Shown: in pieces, positions 38,631 through 47,945 of the stretch
How positions within the stretch are numbered: the first letter of the stretch is position 1
Layout: each line of letters opens with the position of its first letter
DNA from: Salinivirgaceae bacterium
GTDB lineage: Bacteria; Bacteroidota; Bacteroidia; Bacteroidales; SZUA-534
DNA length: 64,000 bases
Reading direction: 5' to 3'
Assembly (NCBI GenBank): GCA_017551905.1
Contig: JAFZKK010000150.1
Span: forward strand, 3,592 to 67,591
The notes under the pieces: model-generated
Databases searched by the model: none
The model's input: the letters and a program-made list of their open reading frames with translations, nothing else
Told to the model about the DNA's origin: nothing
Program-made: the position numbers and the translations under genes

Positions 38631-40406
38631 ATGAAACAATTCTTTCTTAATGTGTTAGCCTCATTTCTGGGGCTTATGCTTTATTCTTTTGTCTCGTTTT
38701 TCCTTTTCTTTGGAATGATTGGTATAGTCACTACTATTGGCGGCGGACAAAAAAACGTGATAATAAAACCGAACTCGGTGCTGCACCTCAATTTCAAATC
38801 GGAGATTGTTGACCGCACCTCAAGCAGCGATTTCGATATAAGCGCATTGATAAACGACTCAGAATCAAGCATTGGGCTTAACGATATTCTGGAGAGCATA
38901 AATCGCGCTAAAACCGACCCGAATATCTGCGGTATGTTCATCGACAACGATGATGTGAACGCCGGCTTTGCCACTATAAATGAGATTCGCGAGGCGATAG
39001 TCAGCTTCAAGGAAAGCGGCAAATTTGTCTATGCCTACGCCAACGATATGGCGCAAGGCGGCTACTATCTGGCTTCTGCCGCCGACAAGATTGTTTTGAA
39101 TCCGCTTGGCAACCTGACCTTCAAAGGTTTGCAGGCAAGCGTGATGTACTACAAAGACGCTCTTGACAAACTCGGTGTTGAAATGCAGATTTTCCGTCAC
39201 GGAAAATTCAAGAGCGCGGTTGAGCCGTATTTCCTTAACAAGATGAGCGATGCTAACCGGCTGCAATACCAAGTTCTGCTTTCGTCAATCTGGAATCAAA
39301 CGCTCGACAATATTTCCGCCTCACGCAACATCAGCAAGGAGGAACTTAACAAGATTGCCGACAGTTTTGCAGCTTATGAGGTGACTGAAGCGTTGAAACT
39401 CAATATGATTGACGATTTGATGTACCGCACCGCAATGATTGACAACCTTGCCAAGGCTGCCGGTGCAAAAGACGCTGACAATCTGAATCTTGTATCGATT
39501 AAGAAATATTCAAAAGCAAAACCTGTCAATGTTAAGCAAAAGGAGAAGATAGCTGTCATCTACGCATCGGGCGAAATTGAGCGCGAGGCAAGTATGTACA
39601 GCACAAGCGCATCAATTACACCGAAAGAATATGTTGAGACATTGCGCAAGGTAAGAGCCGACTCGTCGGTTAAGGCCGTTGTGCTACGCGTAAACTCGCC
39701 AGGCGGCGATGCCCTTTCGAGCGACATCATTTGGAACGAGGTTGCTTTGACGAAACAAGTTAAGCCAATTATTGTGTCAATGGGCGACTATGCGGCTTCG
39801 GGCGGCTACTACATTTCGTGTGCCGCTTCCAAGATAATCGCCAACCAATCGACGCTGACCGGCTCAATAGGTGTTTTTGGTGTGATTCCCAACGCCCAAA
39901 AACTAACTCGCGACAAACTCGGTCTCAATGTTGAAGTGGTTAAGACAAACGAACTCAGCGATTTTTTAAGTTCAGTTTATAAACCAATATCAGAACCGGC
40001 TGGCAAGGTGCTTCAAAATAGAGTGGAAACCATTTACGGCACCTTTGTGTCGCGCGTGAGCGACGGCCGCGGAATGTCGCCCGAAAGTGTTGACGAGATA
40101 GGCCAAGGCCGTGTGTGGAGCGGATTCGACGCCAAACGAATTGGTTTGGTTGACGACTTTGGCGGTCTGACAAAAGCCATTGAAACAGCCGCCGACATAG
40201 CTGGCATCAGCAATTATGCCTTGGTTGATTATCCCGAGCAAGAAGAAGGCATTGAAGTCATAATGAAAATGCTGGGCGATGAAGTGTTTGCTCGCAAAAT
40301 CAACAGCTATTTGGGCGAATTCGGGGAATCGGTAAAAAGTGTCAATTCAATCATCAAGTCGCAGGGCGTTCAGGCGCGAATGGAGAATATTGTAACAATA
40401 CATTGA
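38631..40406 (+). CDS. sppA: signal peptide peptidase SppA, 67K type
   Basis: A 591-aa protein with an N-terminal TM helix and two ClpP/crotonase-like halves. The second carries the Ser motif GDYAASGGYY. Confidence 0.9.
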   Translation: MKQFFLNVLASFLGLMLYSFVSFFLFFGMIGIVTTIGGGQKNVIIKPNSVLHLNFKSEIVDRTSSSDFDISALINDSESSIGLNDILESINRAKTDPNICGMFIDNDDVNAGFATINEIREAIVSFKESGKFVYAYANDMAQGGYYLASAADKIVLNPLGNLTFKGLQASVMYYKDALDKLGVEMQIFRHGKFKSAVEPYFLNKMSDANRLQYQVLLSSIWNQTLDNISASRNISKEELNKIADSFAAYEVTEALKLNMIDDLMYRTAMIDNLAKAAGAKDADNLNLVSIKKYSKAKPVNVKQKEKIAVIYASGEIEREASMYSTSASITPKEYVETLRKVRADSSVKAVVLRVNSPGGDALSSDIIWNEVALTKQVKPIIVSMGDYAASGGYYISCAASKIIANQSTLTGSIGVFGVIPNAQKLTRDKLGLNVEVVKTNELSDFLSSVYKPISEPAGKVLQNRVETIYGTFVSRVSDGRGMSPESVDEIGQGRVWSGFDAKRIGLVDDFGGLTKAIETAADIAGISNYALVDYPEQEEGIEVIMKMLGDEVFARKINSYLGEFGESVKSVNSIIKSQGVQARMENIVTIH

Positions 40407-40408
40407 TT

Positions 40409-41437
40409 ATGCTAAAGTATCTGCTGCTGCCATTTTCAGTGGTTTACGGAGCGGTGGCAACCATTCGTAACAAACTGTACGACTGCCAGATACTGAAATC
40501 AAAATCATACACCGAGCCTGTAATAAGCGTCGGAAACCTGACTGTCGGCGGCACTGGCAAAACACCGCACATCGAGTATTTGGTGCGTTTGCTCTCCGAT
40601 AAAAAAGTTGCCGTGGTGAGCCGTGGCTATGGCCGCCGTACAACCGGATTTGTTGAGGTTGAGGCTGATGCCGATGTGCAAAACGTTGGCGATGAGCCGT
40701 TACAAATCAAACGCAAATTCCAACAAATCAGAGTTATAGTTGATGAAGTGCGCACCCACGCCATTGATGCACTTTTGAGCGGCGGCAACGCCCCCGATGT
40801 GTTTCTTCTCGACGACGCCTTTCAGCACCGCCAAGTGAATGCCGGGCTTAAGATTGTGCTGGTAGATTATAACCGCCCGATATTCAACGATTTAATGATG
40901 CCATCAGGGAGGTTGCGTGAGCCGCGCTGTAACATCAATCGTGCCGACATTGTGATTGTCACAAAATGTCCCGATACTCTGACCGAAAGCGAGCGGCAAA
41001 CATTTTCTAACAAGCTGAAACTCAAATATAACCAACCGGTTTTCTTTACAAAATTCGAATACGGCGAATTGCAGCCGCTAAATGGAACTAAAGTCGCAAA
41101 CCAACTGAAAAACACCAAGATAACCATTGCAACAGGCATTGCGCAACCGCAGCGTGTTTACCAATATCTTGAAAACCAAGGCGCTGAGTTGGCAAAAATT
41201 GAATTCCCCGACCATCACTTCTTCACTGAGGCTGATATTGCCAATATCAAAAAAGTGTTTCAGAAGTCAGGCTCGCAAATGGTGGTTGTTACCGAAAAAG
41301 ATGCCATGCGGCTGATTGGCAGCCGTTTACTTGACGGTTTTGCCGGAATACCGCTCTATTGTCTGCCAATAGAGGTTGCCTTTGCCGACGGACGGCAAGC
41401 GGCTTTCAATAAATTGATAGCCGAATTTGTGGCGTGA
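40409..41437 (+). CDS. lpxK: tetraacyldisaccharide 4'-kinase
   Basis: Has the P-loop VGNLTVGGTGKTP and a DDAFQH motif. The ATG at 40409 lies just after the sppA stop (TGA 40404..40406). Confidence 0.9.
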   Translation: MLKYLLLPFSVVYGAVATIRNKLYDCQILKSKSYTEPVISVGNLTVGGTGKTPHIEYLVRLLSDKKVAVVSRGYGRRTTGFVEVEADADVQNVGDEPLQIKRKFQQIRVIVDEVRTHAIDALLSGGNAPDVFLLDDAFQHRQVNAGLKIVLVDYNRPIFNDLMMPSGRLREPRCNINRADIVIVTKCPDTLTESERQTFSNKLKLKYNQPVFFTKFEYGELQPLNGTKVANQLKNTKITIATGIAQPQRVYQYLENQGAELAKIEFPDHHFFTEADIANIKKVFQKSGSQMVVVTEKDAMRLIGSRLLDGFAGIPLYCLPIEVAFADGRQAAFNKLIAEFVA

Positions 41438-41448
41438 AGTCCAGAGCG

Positions 41449-42171
41449 TTAATTACCTGTTTTACGTTTGGTTATCAAGCCCGAGCTGGTAAATATGCGC
41501 TGTGAAATGGCCGGCTCGCCCATCAGATAAAGGTTGCTACTGCCCGACATCACAATTGACAAGGATTTTTTCACATTTACCGAAATTTCGGCATAGCCCG
41601 AACCAACAACTAAGCAATTGTCGGTTTGCATGTCGAAAGCGTTGAATTCGGTATCGTCAGACGATTCAACATTCAGACTCTCAGTATAGCCACGCAGTGA
41701 CACCTGGCTGAAATCCTGTGTCTTGACTTTTGTGTTTTTGGCTGTGAATTCGAAATTGACTTTTACGTTGTTGCCGCAAATTATCTCAATATCGTCGAAG
41801 GTGTTGGCACGGTTCGATTTCAGCTCCACATCGTTCATCAGCACTATTTGCTTCAAACTCTTGTAGGCCACCGATATTGTTATCTGTTTGGCTTTCTTTA
41901 TGTTGCTTGGAACTATCACATACAGCACACCGTTGTTGACTGATGTTTGGAACAGCTCCAAAAGATTTTCGTCGGCTTCGATTTTTACATTTTCTGTGGC
42001 TTCTTGCGTCAGATAGAGTTCGGCTTGCCCCTGAACCACCAGTCGGCTGAACCCCGAAACCATTCTGACATCGGTTTTTATCTTATCGTTTCCCTTGATT
42101 GACTGAGCGTTAACGCCGAAAGGTATTATTGCGAACAGTATAAGCGCAATTACAGTGGTTTTTATATTCAT
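41449..42171 (-). CDS. DUF2807 / head GIN domain-containing exported protein
   Basis: Signal peptide from MNIKTTVIALILFAIIPFGVNAQ. A repetitive beta-helix-like pattern ends in SGSSNLYLMGEP, typical of DUF2807. Confidence 0.6.
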   Translation of the reverse strand: MNIKTTVIALILFAIIPFGVNAQSIKGNDKIKTDVRMVSGFSRLVVQGQAELYLTQEATENVKIEADENLLELFQTSVNNGVLYVIVPSNIKKAKQITISVAYKSLKQIVLMNDVELKSNRANTFDDIEIICGNNVKVNFEFTAKNTKVKTQDFSQVSLRGYTESLNVESSDDTEFNAFDMQTDNCLVVGSGYAEISVNVKKSLSIVMSGSSNLYLMGEPAISQRIFTSSGLITKRKTGN

Positions 42172-42248
42172 TATAGTATCAATTTGGGGGGCAAATGTCA
42201 AAAAAAAGTGTTTAAAAACAAATTGGTGACTGAATTTAAACTCATTTT

Positions 42249-43016
42249 TTACAATTCGCGCTGAATATTGGCCGACATGGCGTTCATAAATTCGTTGCGC
42301 TTACGGCGCGAAAGTATAGCTGTAGAGCCACCTTCCATAGCAATGTCGCCGTCGAAGCGCGACACTTTCTGCACAAAATTCAGATTGACAATGTGCGACT
42401 GGTGCGTGCGGAAGAACGGATAATCCTCAAGCATCGCCTCAAACTCACCTAAGTTTTTCGAAACCAGCAACTTGTCGCGGCCTTTGATGTGCAGGGTGCA
42501 ATAGTTACCGTCAGATTGTATGTGTATTATATCGTTAATATTCACAAAATCAATCGATTCTGATGTTGCGAGAACAATTTTTACAGGCTTCTCCTTCTTG
42601 GTGTTTTGCAGCAGTGTCTCAATCTTCTCCTCGTTCTGAACCTTCGGCGTCTCTTTTTGCGTTATTTTTTTTATCGCCACGTCCATATCGTTGAAATCGA
42701 ATGGTTTAAGCAGATAATCGACAGCGCTGTACTTGAAGGCTTTTATTGCGTATTGGTTGTAGGCCGTAACAAAAATGACACTGAAATCGTGGTTTGTGAG
42801 CCGCTCCAGAATGTCGAAACCGCTACCGTCGGGCAGTTCGATGTCCATGAAAACCAAATCGGGATTTGTGGTGCTCAGAAGTTTTACTGCAGATTCCACC
42901 GAGTTGGCCGTTCCTAAAATTTCGAAATCGGGGTATTTGTCGTTCAAAAACGACATAAGCGATTCCTTGGCGTCCGGCTCATCGTCGATAATTACGGTTT
43001 TTAGTTTTTTTGTCAT
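42249..43016 (-). CDS. LytR/AlgR-family response regulator (receiver + LytTR DNA-binding domain)
   Basis: The receiver reads VIIDDEPDAKE...VFMDIELPDGSG. The C-terminal LytTR domain reads IIHIQSDGNYCTLH...FFRTHQSHIVNL. Confidence 0.88.
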   Translation of the reverse strand: MTKKLKTVIIDDEPDAKESLMSFLNDKYPDFEILGTANSVESAVKLLSTTNPDLVFMDIELPDGSGFDILERLTNHDFSVIFVTAYNQYAIKAFKYSAVDYLLKPFDFNDMDVAIKKITQKETPKVQNEEKIETLLQNTKKEKPVKIVLATSESIDFVNINDIIHIQSDGNYCTLHIKGRDKLLVSKNLGEFEAMLEDYPFFRTHQSHIVNLNFVQKVSRFDGDIAMEGGSTAILSRRKRNEFMNAMSANIQREL

Positions 43017-43058
43017 TACTGATACTCAAAACAGATACACAATGATGAGTCAAATATA

Positions 43059-43763
43059 TTAATTTTCATTATCATCGTGCATCCGGTCGGCATTTTTCGC
43101 ACCTTCCACAACAATTACTATCTCGCCTTTGACTCCCGTTTCGGTAAAATGGGCAATGGCTTCGGCTATGCTACCGCGATAATTTTCCTCGTGCAGCTTC
43201 GAAATCTCGCGCGACACGCACACCATGCGCTCGGTGCCGAATATCGTGCCAAATTGTTCCAACGCTTTTATCAGCCGGTAAGGCGATTCGTAGAAAATCA
43301 TTGTGCGCTCCTCGTCGCGCAGAGCCTCGATGCGTTTCTGACGGCCTTTTTTTTGCGGCAGAAAACCCTCAAAACAGAAACGGTCGCTGGCGAATCCGCT
43401 GTTGATGAGCGCCGGCACAAAAGCTGTGGCGCCAGGCAGACACTCCACCTCAATATCGTTGCTTATGCAGTGTTTTACAAGAAGATAGCCAGGGTCGGAA
43501 ATGCCGGGCGTTCCGGCGTCGCTTATCAGCACAGCCGACTTTGCGGCGGCAATCATCTCGACATAATGCGCCACTTGCTGATGCTCGTTAAATTTGTGGA
43601 AAGGTATCAGTCGGTTCTTTATCTCGTAGTGGTTCAGCAAGATGCCCGATGTGCGTGTGTCCTCAGCCATAACAAAATCGGCCTCTTTGAGCAACCTAAG
43701 GGCACGCAGTGTGATGTCTTCCAAGTTGCCGACAGGCGTGGGCACTAAAAACAATTTCCCCAT
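43059..43763 (-). CDS. rsmI: 16S rRNA (cytidine1402-2'-O)-methyltransferase
   Basis: Shows LFLVPTPVGNLEDITLRAL, AEDTR, and DAGTPGISDPG. Confidence 0.92.
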   Translation of the reverse strand: MGKLFLVPTPVGNLEDITLRALRLLKEADFVMAEDTRTSGILLNHYEIKNRLIPFHKFNEHQQVAHYVEMIAAAKSAVLISDAGTPGISDPGYLLVKHCISNDIEVECLPGATAFVPALINSGFASDRFCFEGFLPQKKGRQKRIEALRDEERTMIFYESPYRLIKALEQFGTIFGTERMVCVSREISKLHEENYRGSIAEAIAHFTETGVKGEIVIVVEGAKNADRMHDDNEN

Positions 43764-43768
43764 TGCCG

Positions 43769-44707
43769 CTATTTTTTGAATCGCTGGTAAATCAGTTCCA
43801 AAAAGTCGATAACCGTCTTATCTTCCTGATTCCATTCGTATTGGCTGAATATTTTGGCCAAAACCTCGTCTATTCCGCTTGCTCCCTCAATCATGTCGAT
43901 AGTCTGCTCGTATTGGACGCTGTCGTGGTTAAACAGCTCGTTGATAAACAACATACGGTCGTTAATTTTAATGGCTTTCCGCAGGTTGGTTATCGGGCGT
44001 TTGTTGTAACGCGAGGCAATGTCGGCCTTCTTTTCGAGCCCGGCCAGCACATCGTTGATAGACGGCACATGTTGTTGGAATTTGTCGGCAAGTGTTGTCG
44101 GCTGTTCTATCTGAACGTTTGGTTTGCTATCGTTTTCCTTCTCAGTAACTGTTGATTCTGAGAAGTTATGCTCAACATTTACAGTGTTGTTGGCAAGCTC
44201 CTCAGCCAGCGATTTCGATTTGGCTTCAGCCTCGGCAGCCTTGCGCGCAGCTTCCTCGGCAGCGCGACGGGCTTCTTCGGCAGCTTTGCGCGCCCTATCC
44301 TCCTCAGCTTGTTTACGTGCAAGTTCCTCGGCTGCTTTCCGTGCCGCTTCAGCTTCCGCTGCTTTACGGGCTTTTTCTATTTCCTCAGCCCGTTTTGCGG
44401 CTTCGGCCTCGGCTGCTTTCCGCGCTTCTTCTTCGGCAGCTTTTTGTGCGGCTTCAGCGGCTTTTTTTGCAGCTTCCTCCTCGGCAATTCGGCGCACATT
44501 TTCAACTTCGACATCAATATTGGTTTCCGCCGTGTTTTGACCGTCAGGTAAAAGATGAACGGCTATATCGTTCAATGCTTGAATCTTATTTATCAGTAAT
44601 TCAACTTCATAACTTTGAACATTGCCATCGTCGGGCAGGTTTTCAATCATCGACACAAGCACCGTAGCTTCGGCCTTGATTATCTTAATTAGATTTTTTG
44701 TTTGCAT
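43769..44707 (-). CDS. hypothetical protein with central Ala/Glu/Lys/Arg-rich coiled-coil repeat region
   Basis: A 312-aa ORF. About 100 central residues are imperfect AEEARKAAEAEAAK repeats, flanked by ordinary N- and C-terminal domains. It lies upstream of rsmI on the same strand, 5 nt apart. Confidence 0.65.
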   Translation of the reverse strand: MQTKNLIKIIKAEATVLVSMIENLPDDGNVQSYEVELLINKIQALNDIAVHLLPDGQNTAETNIDVEVENVRRIAEEEAAKKAAEAAQKAAEEEARKAAEAEAAKRAEEIEKARKAAEAEAARKAAEELARKQAEEDRARKAAEEARRAAEEAARKAAEAEAKSKSLAEELANNTVNVEHNFSESTVTEKENDSKPNVQIEQPTTLADKFQQHVPSINDVLAGLEKKADIASRYNKRPITNLRKAIKINDRMLFINELFNHDSVQYEQTIDMIEGASGIDEVLAKIFSQYEWNQEDKTVIDFLELIYQRFKK

Positions 44708-44793
44708 CGCTTTCGATAAAGATTTATTTTGCCAAAAATAATTATTGATGTTGAATCAATATTTGTTGAACATCTAATTTTTTGGTTATCGAT

Positions 44794-45366
44794 ATGTTTT
44801 TGGAGAAAGACGGCTCGCGTGAGGGCAGAATTGAAGTGATTTGCGGCTCAATGTTTTCTGGTAAGACGGAGGAGCTTATCCGCCGCATGAAACGCGCCAA
44901 GATTGCCCGGCAAAAGGTTGAGATTTTCAAACCTAAAATAGATGTGCGCTACTCGGAGACCGATGTGGTGTCGCACGACGAGCACAGCATCCAATCGACG
45001 CCGGTTGAGAGTCCGCAGAACATTTTGCTGCTTGCCGGCGATGTTCAGGTTATCGGCATCGATGAGGCGCAGTTCTTCGACGATGGCCTTATTGATGTCT
45101 GCAACCAGCTGGCCAACAGAGGCATACGTGTTATTGTGGCCGGACTGGATATGGATTTTATGGGCAAGCCTTTTGGCCCTATACCCAAACTTATGGCCGT
45201 GGCAGAAGATGTTACCAAGGTGCATGCCGTGTGTGTGCATTGCGGCGCGTTGGCGCAATTCTCGCACCGTCTGGCCAAAACCGACAAACTTGTGCTGCTT
45301 GGTGAGACCGACAGCTACGAGCCGCTGTGCCGAAGGTGTTATAGGAAGGCGATTGATGGGAACTGA
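44794..45366 (+). CDS. tdk: thymidine kinase
   Basis: Has the P-loop [20 protein letters not shown], and zinc-binding Cys pairs (CVHCG...CRRC). Start is set at ATG 44794. Confidence 0.92.
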   Translation: MFLEKDGSREGRIEVICGSMFSGKTEELIRRMKRAKIARQKVEIFKPKIDVRYSETDVVSHDEHSIQSTPVESPQNILLLAGDVQVIGIDEAQFFDDGLIDVCNQLANRGIRVIVAGLDMDFMGKPFGPIPKLMAVAEDVTKVHAVCVHCGALAQFSHRLAKTDKLVLLGETDSYEPLCRRCYRKAIDGN

Positions 45367-45434
45367 AACTAACGCTGACGCTGACGCTAACACTGACACT
45401 GACACTAACGCTGACGATAACAAAAACGATAACT
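45363..45434. repeat. hexanucleotide microsatellite (CTRACR)n with 18-bp super-period
   Basis: Reads ctgaaa ctaacg ctgacg ctgacg ctaaca ctgaca ctgaca ctaacg ctgacg ataaca aaaacg ataact. It starts at the tdk stop codon. Confidence 0.85.
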
Positions 45435-45526
45435 TAAATAATTGACGTTTTGGGTTTGGTTTTTCGCTTTGCAAAAAATACAACAAAAAATTTAAAGAAA
45501 ATTTTGCGTGCAGGGAGCAAAATAAA

Positions 45527-45556
45527 AAAGGCTCCAATCTTATGATTGTAGCCTTT
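45527..45556. terminator. hairpin terminator between convergent tdk and the acidic-protein gene
   Basis: Reads AAAGGCT-C-CAATC-TTAT-GATTG-T-AGCCTTT, preceded by an A-run and followed by a T-containing tail. Confidence 0.55.
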
Positions 45557-45578
45557 CTAATGAGAAAAATTGTCAGTC

Positions 45579-45914
45579 TTAAAAATTGTCCGGCAATGCG
45601 CCTTCGTCTTCCGGTTCGGCGTCTTCGGTAAGCGAGTTGAAATCGATGTTGTCGTCGAAATCATCGTCTTTCGTGTTGTCATCGAAAAAGTCGTCATCGT
45701 CAATTTTGCCGGTGTCCTCGTTGTTGATGCGGAGAAGATACATGCGGTCTTCGGTCTCGAAAGGCAGACCGCAGCACAGCATCCCGTCTTTATTGGTGAA
45801 CGAAATCAGATAGTCGTTAAACCCGTCGGGGTACTTCTGCTTGACTTGCTCGCGCATCTCTTCGCTTATCTTATCAAAGTCTTTGATAACACGTGGTTTG
45901 TTAGTACTGTTCAT
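45579..45914 (-). CDS. hypothetical small protein with highly acidic C-terminal half
   Basis: A 111-aa ORF. The N-terminal half looks globular (PRVIKDFDKISEEMREQVKQKYPDGF). The C-terminal half is a D/E/F-rich tail. Confidence 0.6.
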   Translation of the reverse strand: MNSTNKPRVIKDFDKISEEMREQVKQKYPDGFNDYLISFTNKDGMLCCGLPFETEDRMYLLRINNEDTGKIDDDDFFDDNTKDDDFDDNIDFNSLTEDAEPEDEGALPDNF

Positions 45915-46019
45915 GTTTATAGTGTTGTTTATCTGTTAAAAATCCGTTTGTCGGCAGTGTGCTGCTAACGGCACCAAATATTTGCATTTTTTTATTATGT
46001 GCAACACCTATAAACAATT

Positions 46020-46484
46020 TTATTTATTGAAGTGATAAACGAACACAATTGTTCCGTCGAGAGCCGGTTTCGGGCTGTCTTTGATTTCCATTTTTATGCC
46101 GATGCACGCTTTGACAACGCCGCGTAGGTCGGTTGCCGACTGCAGTGTGGCGCAAACGCGCACGTAGCTGCCTGTCAGCACTGGCTGTCCGAACTTGAGT
46201 TTTTCGATACCATAGTTTATCTGCATCTTCAGGTTGCGCACATCGACAAGCTGTTCCCAATGGTAGGGCAGAAGCGACACCGTGAGGTAGCCGTGGGCAA
46301 TGGTGCTGTGGAACGGCGATTCGGTGCGGGCGCGTTCAACATCGGTGTGAATCCACTGGTGGTCGAATGTTACATCGGCAAACTGGTTAATCTGTTCTTG
46401 TGTTATCTGCTGCCAGTCCGACACGCCAATCACTTGTCCCTCAAGCGCTTTCAGTTGCTCAAAATTTTCGATTATCCGTTTCAT
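46020..46484 (-). CDS. MaoC-family (R)-specific enoyl-CoA hydratase/dehydratase
   Basis: A 154-aa hot-dog fold protein with DHQWIHTDVERA...STIAHGYL, matching the MaoC dehydratase motif. Confidence 0.8.
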   Translation of the reverse strand: MKRIIENFEQLKALEGQVIGVSDWQQITQEQINQFADVTFDHQWIHTDVERARTESPFHSTIAHGYLTVSLLPYHWEQLVDVRNLKMQINYGIEKLKFGQPVLTGSYVRVCATLQSATDLRGVVKACIGIKMEIKDSPKPALDGTIVFVYHFNK

Positions 46485-46643
46485 AGTTGTTATTCATGAA
46501 AAATCGGCAACATCTATGCAAAAAGCGGGCAAATGTGGTGGTGCGGAAAAGAAAAAAATGTGGGAGAGCGAACAGTTTAATTCTTTTCTGTTTTCGTTTG
46601 GTTGTTTTTTCTATTTTTCCGCCGAAATCAAAAACAGCAAAAA

Positions 46644-47273
46644 ATGAAAAAGACACTCTCAATACTAAGTTTAAGCCTCATACTCTCGCTGGCGCAGGTC
46701 TTTGCCGTTTCCTGCACAATCGACGATGACGATGACAACAACCGGTTGGATGAATTGACCGACGATGCGCAGTCCGATGAAGCTGAGCTTGCCTCGGCTC
46801 TTGACTATCTGAACGCGGTTCGTAAAAATCCTTCGGCTTATAGTAAGGAAATAGGTGTCGACTTGAGTGCCGTTGCTCCGCTTCACGAGCTGAAATGGAA
46901 CGACACTTTGGCCAAGGTGGCTCACGCAAAGGCCGAAGATATGGTGGCAAGAGGTTATTTTGGCCACGTCGACCCTGACGGATACGGAATGAACATCAAA
47001 ATAAACGAAGCCGGATATGCTTTGCCCGAAAGCTGGTGCGGCAAGAGCAATAATAATTTCGAAAGCCTTGCGGCTGGTTATCCGACAGGCGAAGCGTCTG
47101 TCATTCAGCTGATTAATGACGGTGGTGCGGATAACTAAAATGCTGGCCACCGCCGACATTTGCTTGGAATTGATAGCTTTTGGGCTAATTGCTACGATAT
47201 CGGTATCGGCGTGGCGCACGGCGGCAAGTACGGAACTTATTGGTGTTTTTTAGTCGCAAAATACGATTTTTAA
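46644..47273 (+). pseudogene. CAP/SCP (PR-1-like) domain lipoprotein interrupted by an in-frame TAA
   Basis: The track ORF ends at TAA 47136..47138 (…LINDGGADN*). The same frame continues NAGHRRHLLGIDSFWANCYDIGIGVAHGGKYGTYWCFLVAKYDF* to 47273, and this stretch contains the conserved CAP-domain GHRxxLL and IGIG...YW motifs. Confidence 0.7.
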
Positions 47274-47322
47274 AATTGGTGTATTTTTGCAACTGTATAC
47301 TATCAGATAATAACCAAACTTT

Positions 47323-47796
47323 ATGATAAGAGAAATGCAATCGGCCGATTGGAGCCGAGTTTCAGAGATATACCTCCAAGGTATCGAGAGCGGAATATCG
47401 ACATTCAACACCAAATGCCCGGATTATGAGACTTGGGACGCCGGACACACCAAAAATTGCCGTTTTGTGTATGAAGAAGATGGCAAGGTGGTTGGCTGGA
47501 TTGCCGTCAGCCCTACGTCGTCAAGGTGTGTTTACAAGGGCTGCGTTGAGATGAGCGTCTATGTTGACTCCGATTTTCAAGGTAAGGGCATTGGAACTCA
47601 GCTGGTTAAAAAACTTATTGAGGAAGCTCCCAAAGCCGGTTATTGGAGCATCTATTCGGTCATAATTTCCTTAAACACAGCAAGTATCGCGCTTCATAAG
47701 AAATGCGGATTCCGTGAGATTGGCTACCGCGAGCGTGTCGCAATCGACCGTTTTGGCCAGTGGCAGAACACCACCCTTATGGAACTTCGGTTCTGA
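47323..47796 (+). CDS. GNAT family N-acetyltransferase (phosphinothricin acetyltransferase-like)
   Basis: A 157-aa protein with an acetyl-CoA binding motif (QGKGIGTQLVKKL) and an overall PAT-like pattern (ATFNTKCPDYETW). Confidence 0.8.
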   Translation: MIREMQSADWSRVSEIYLQGIESGISTFNTKCPDYETWDAGHTKNCRFVYEEDGKVVGWIAVSPTSSRCVYKGCVEMSVYVDSDFQGKGIGTQLVKKLIEEAPKAGYWSIYSVIISLNTASIALHKKCGFREIGYRERVAIDRFGQWQNTTLMELRF

Positions 47797-47945
47797 AAAT
47801 CTTCAAAACAGAAAGTCCGTCGAATTTCGACTAAACTTTTTCCGATTTCGGAATAAGCATTGTTCGTTTATGTTTTTTATGTATGTTTACCAACGTGTCG
47901 GTAACCATTCGACACATATATTCATATATTGATAACCACTTATAT

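Noticed and set aside
44124-44667. Three overlapping plus-strand ORFs (44124..44540, 44152..44667, 44168..44551)
   Set aside because: They are shadow frames of the repetitive Ala/Glu/Lys/Arg-coding region of the minus-strand gene 43769..44707. Their products are Ser/Ala/Leu/Phe low-complexity strings.
45367-45445. C-terminal extension of thymidine kinase through the hexamer repeat
   Set aside because: tdk ends at a proper TGA after the conserved CRRCY zinc-binding region, and the next in-frame codons are AAC TAA. The open repeat frames are +1/+2 relative to tdk, and no slippery site is evident.
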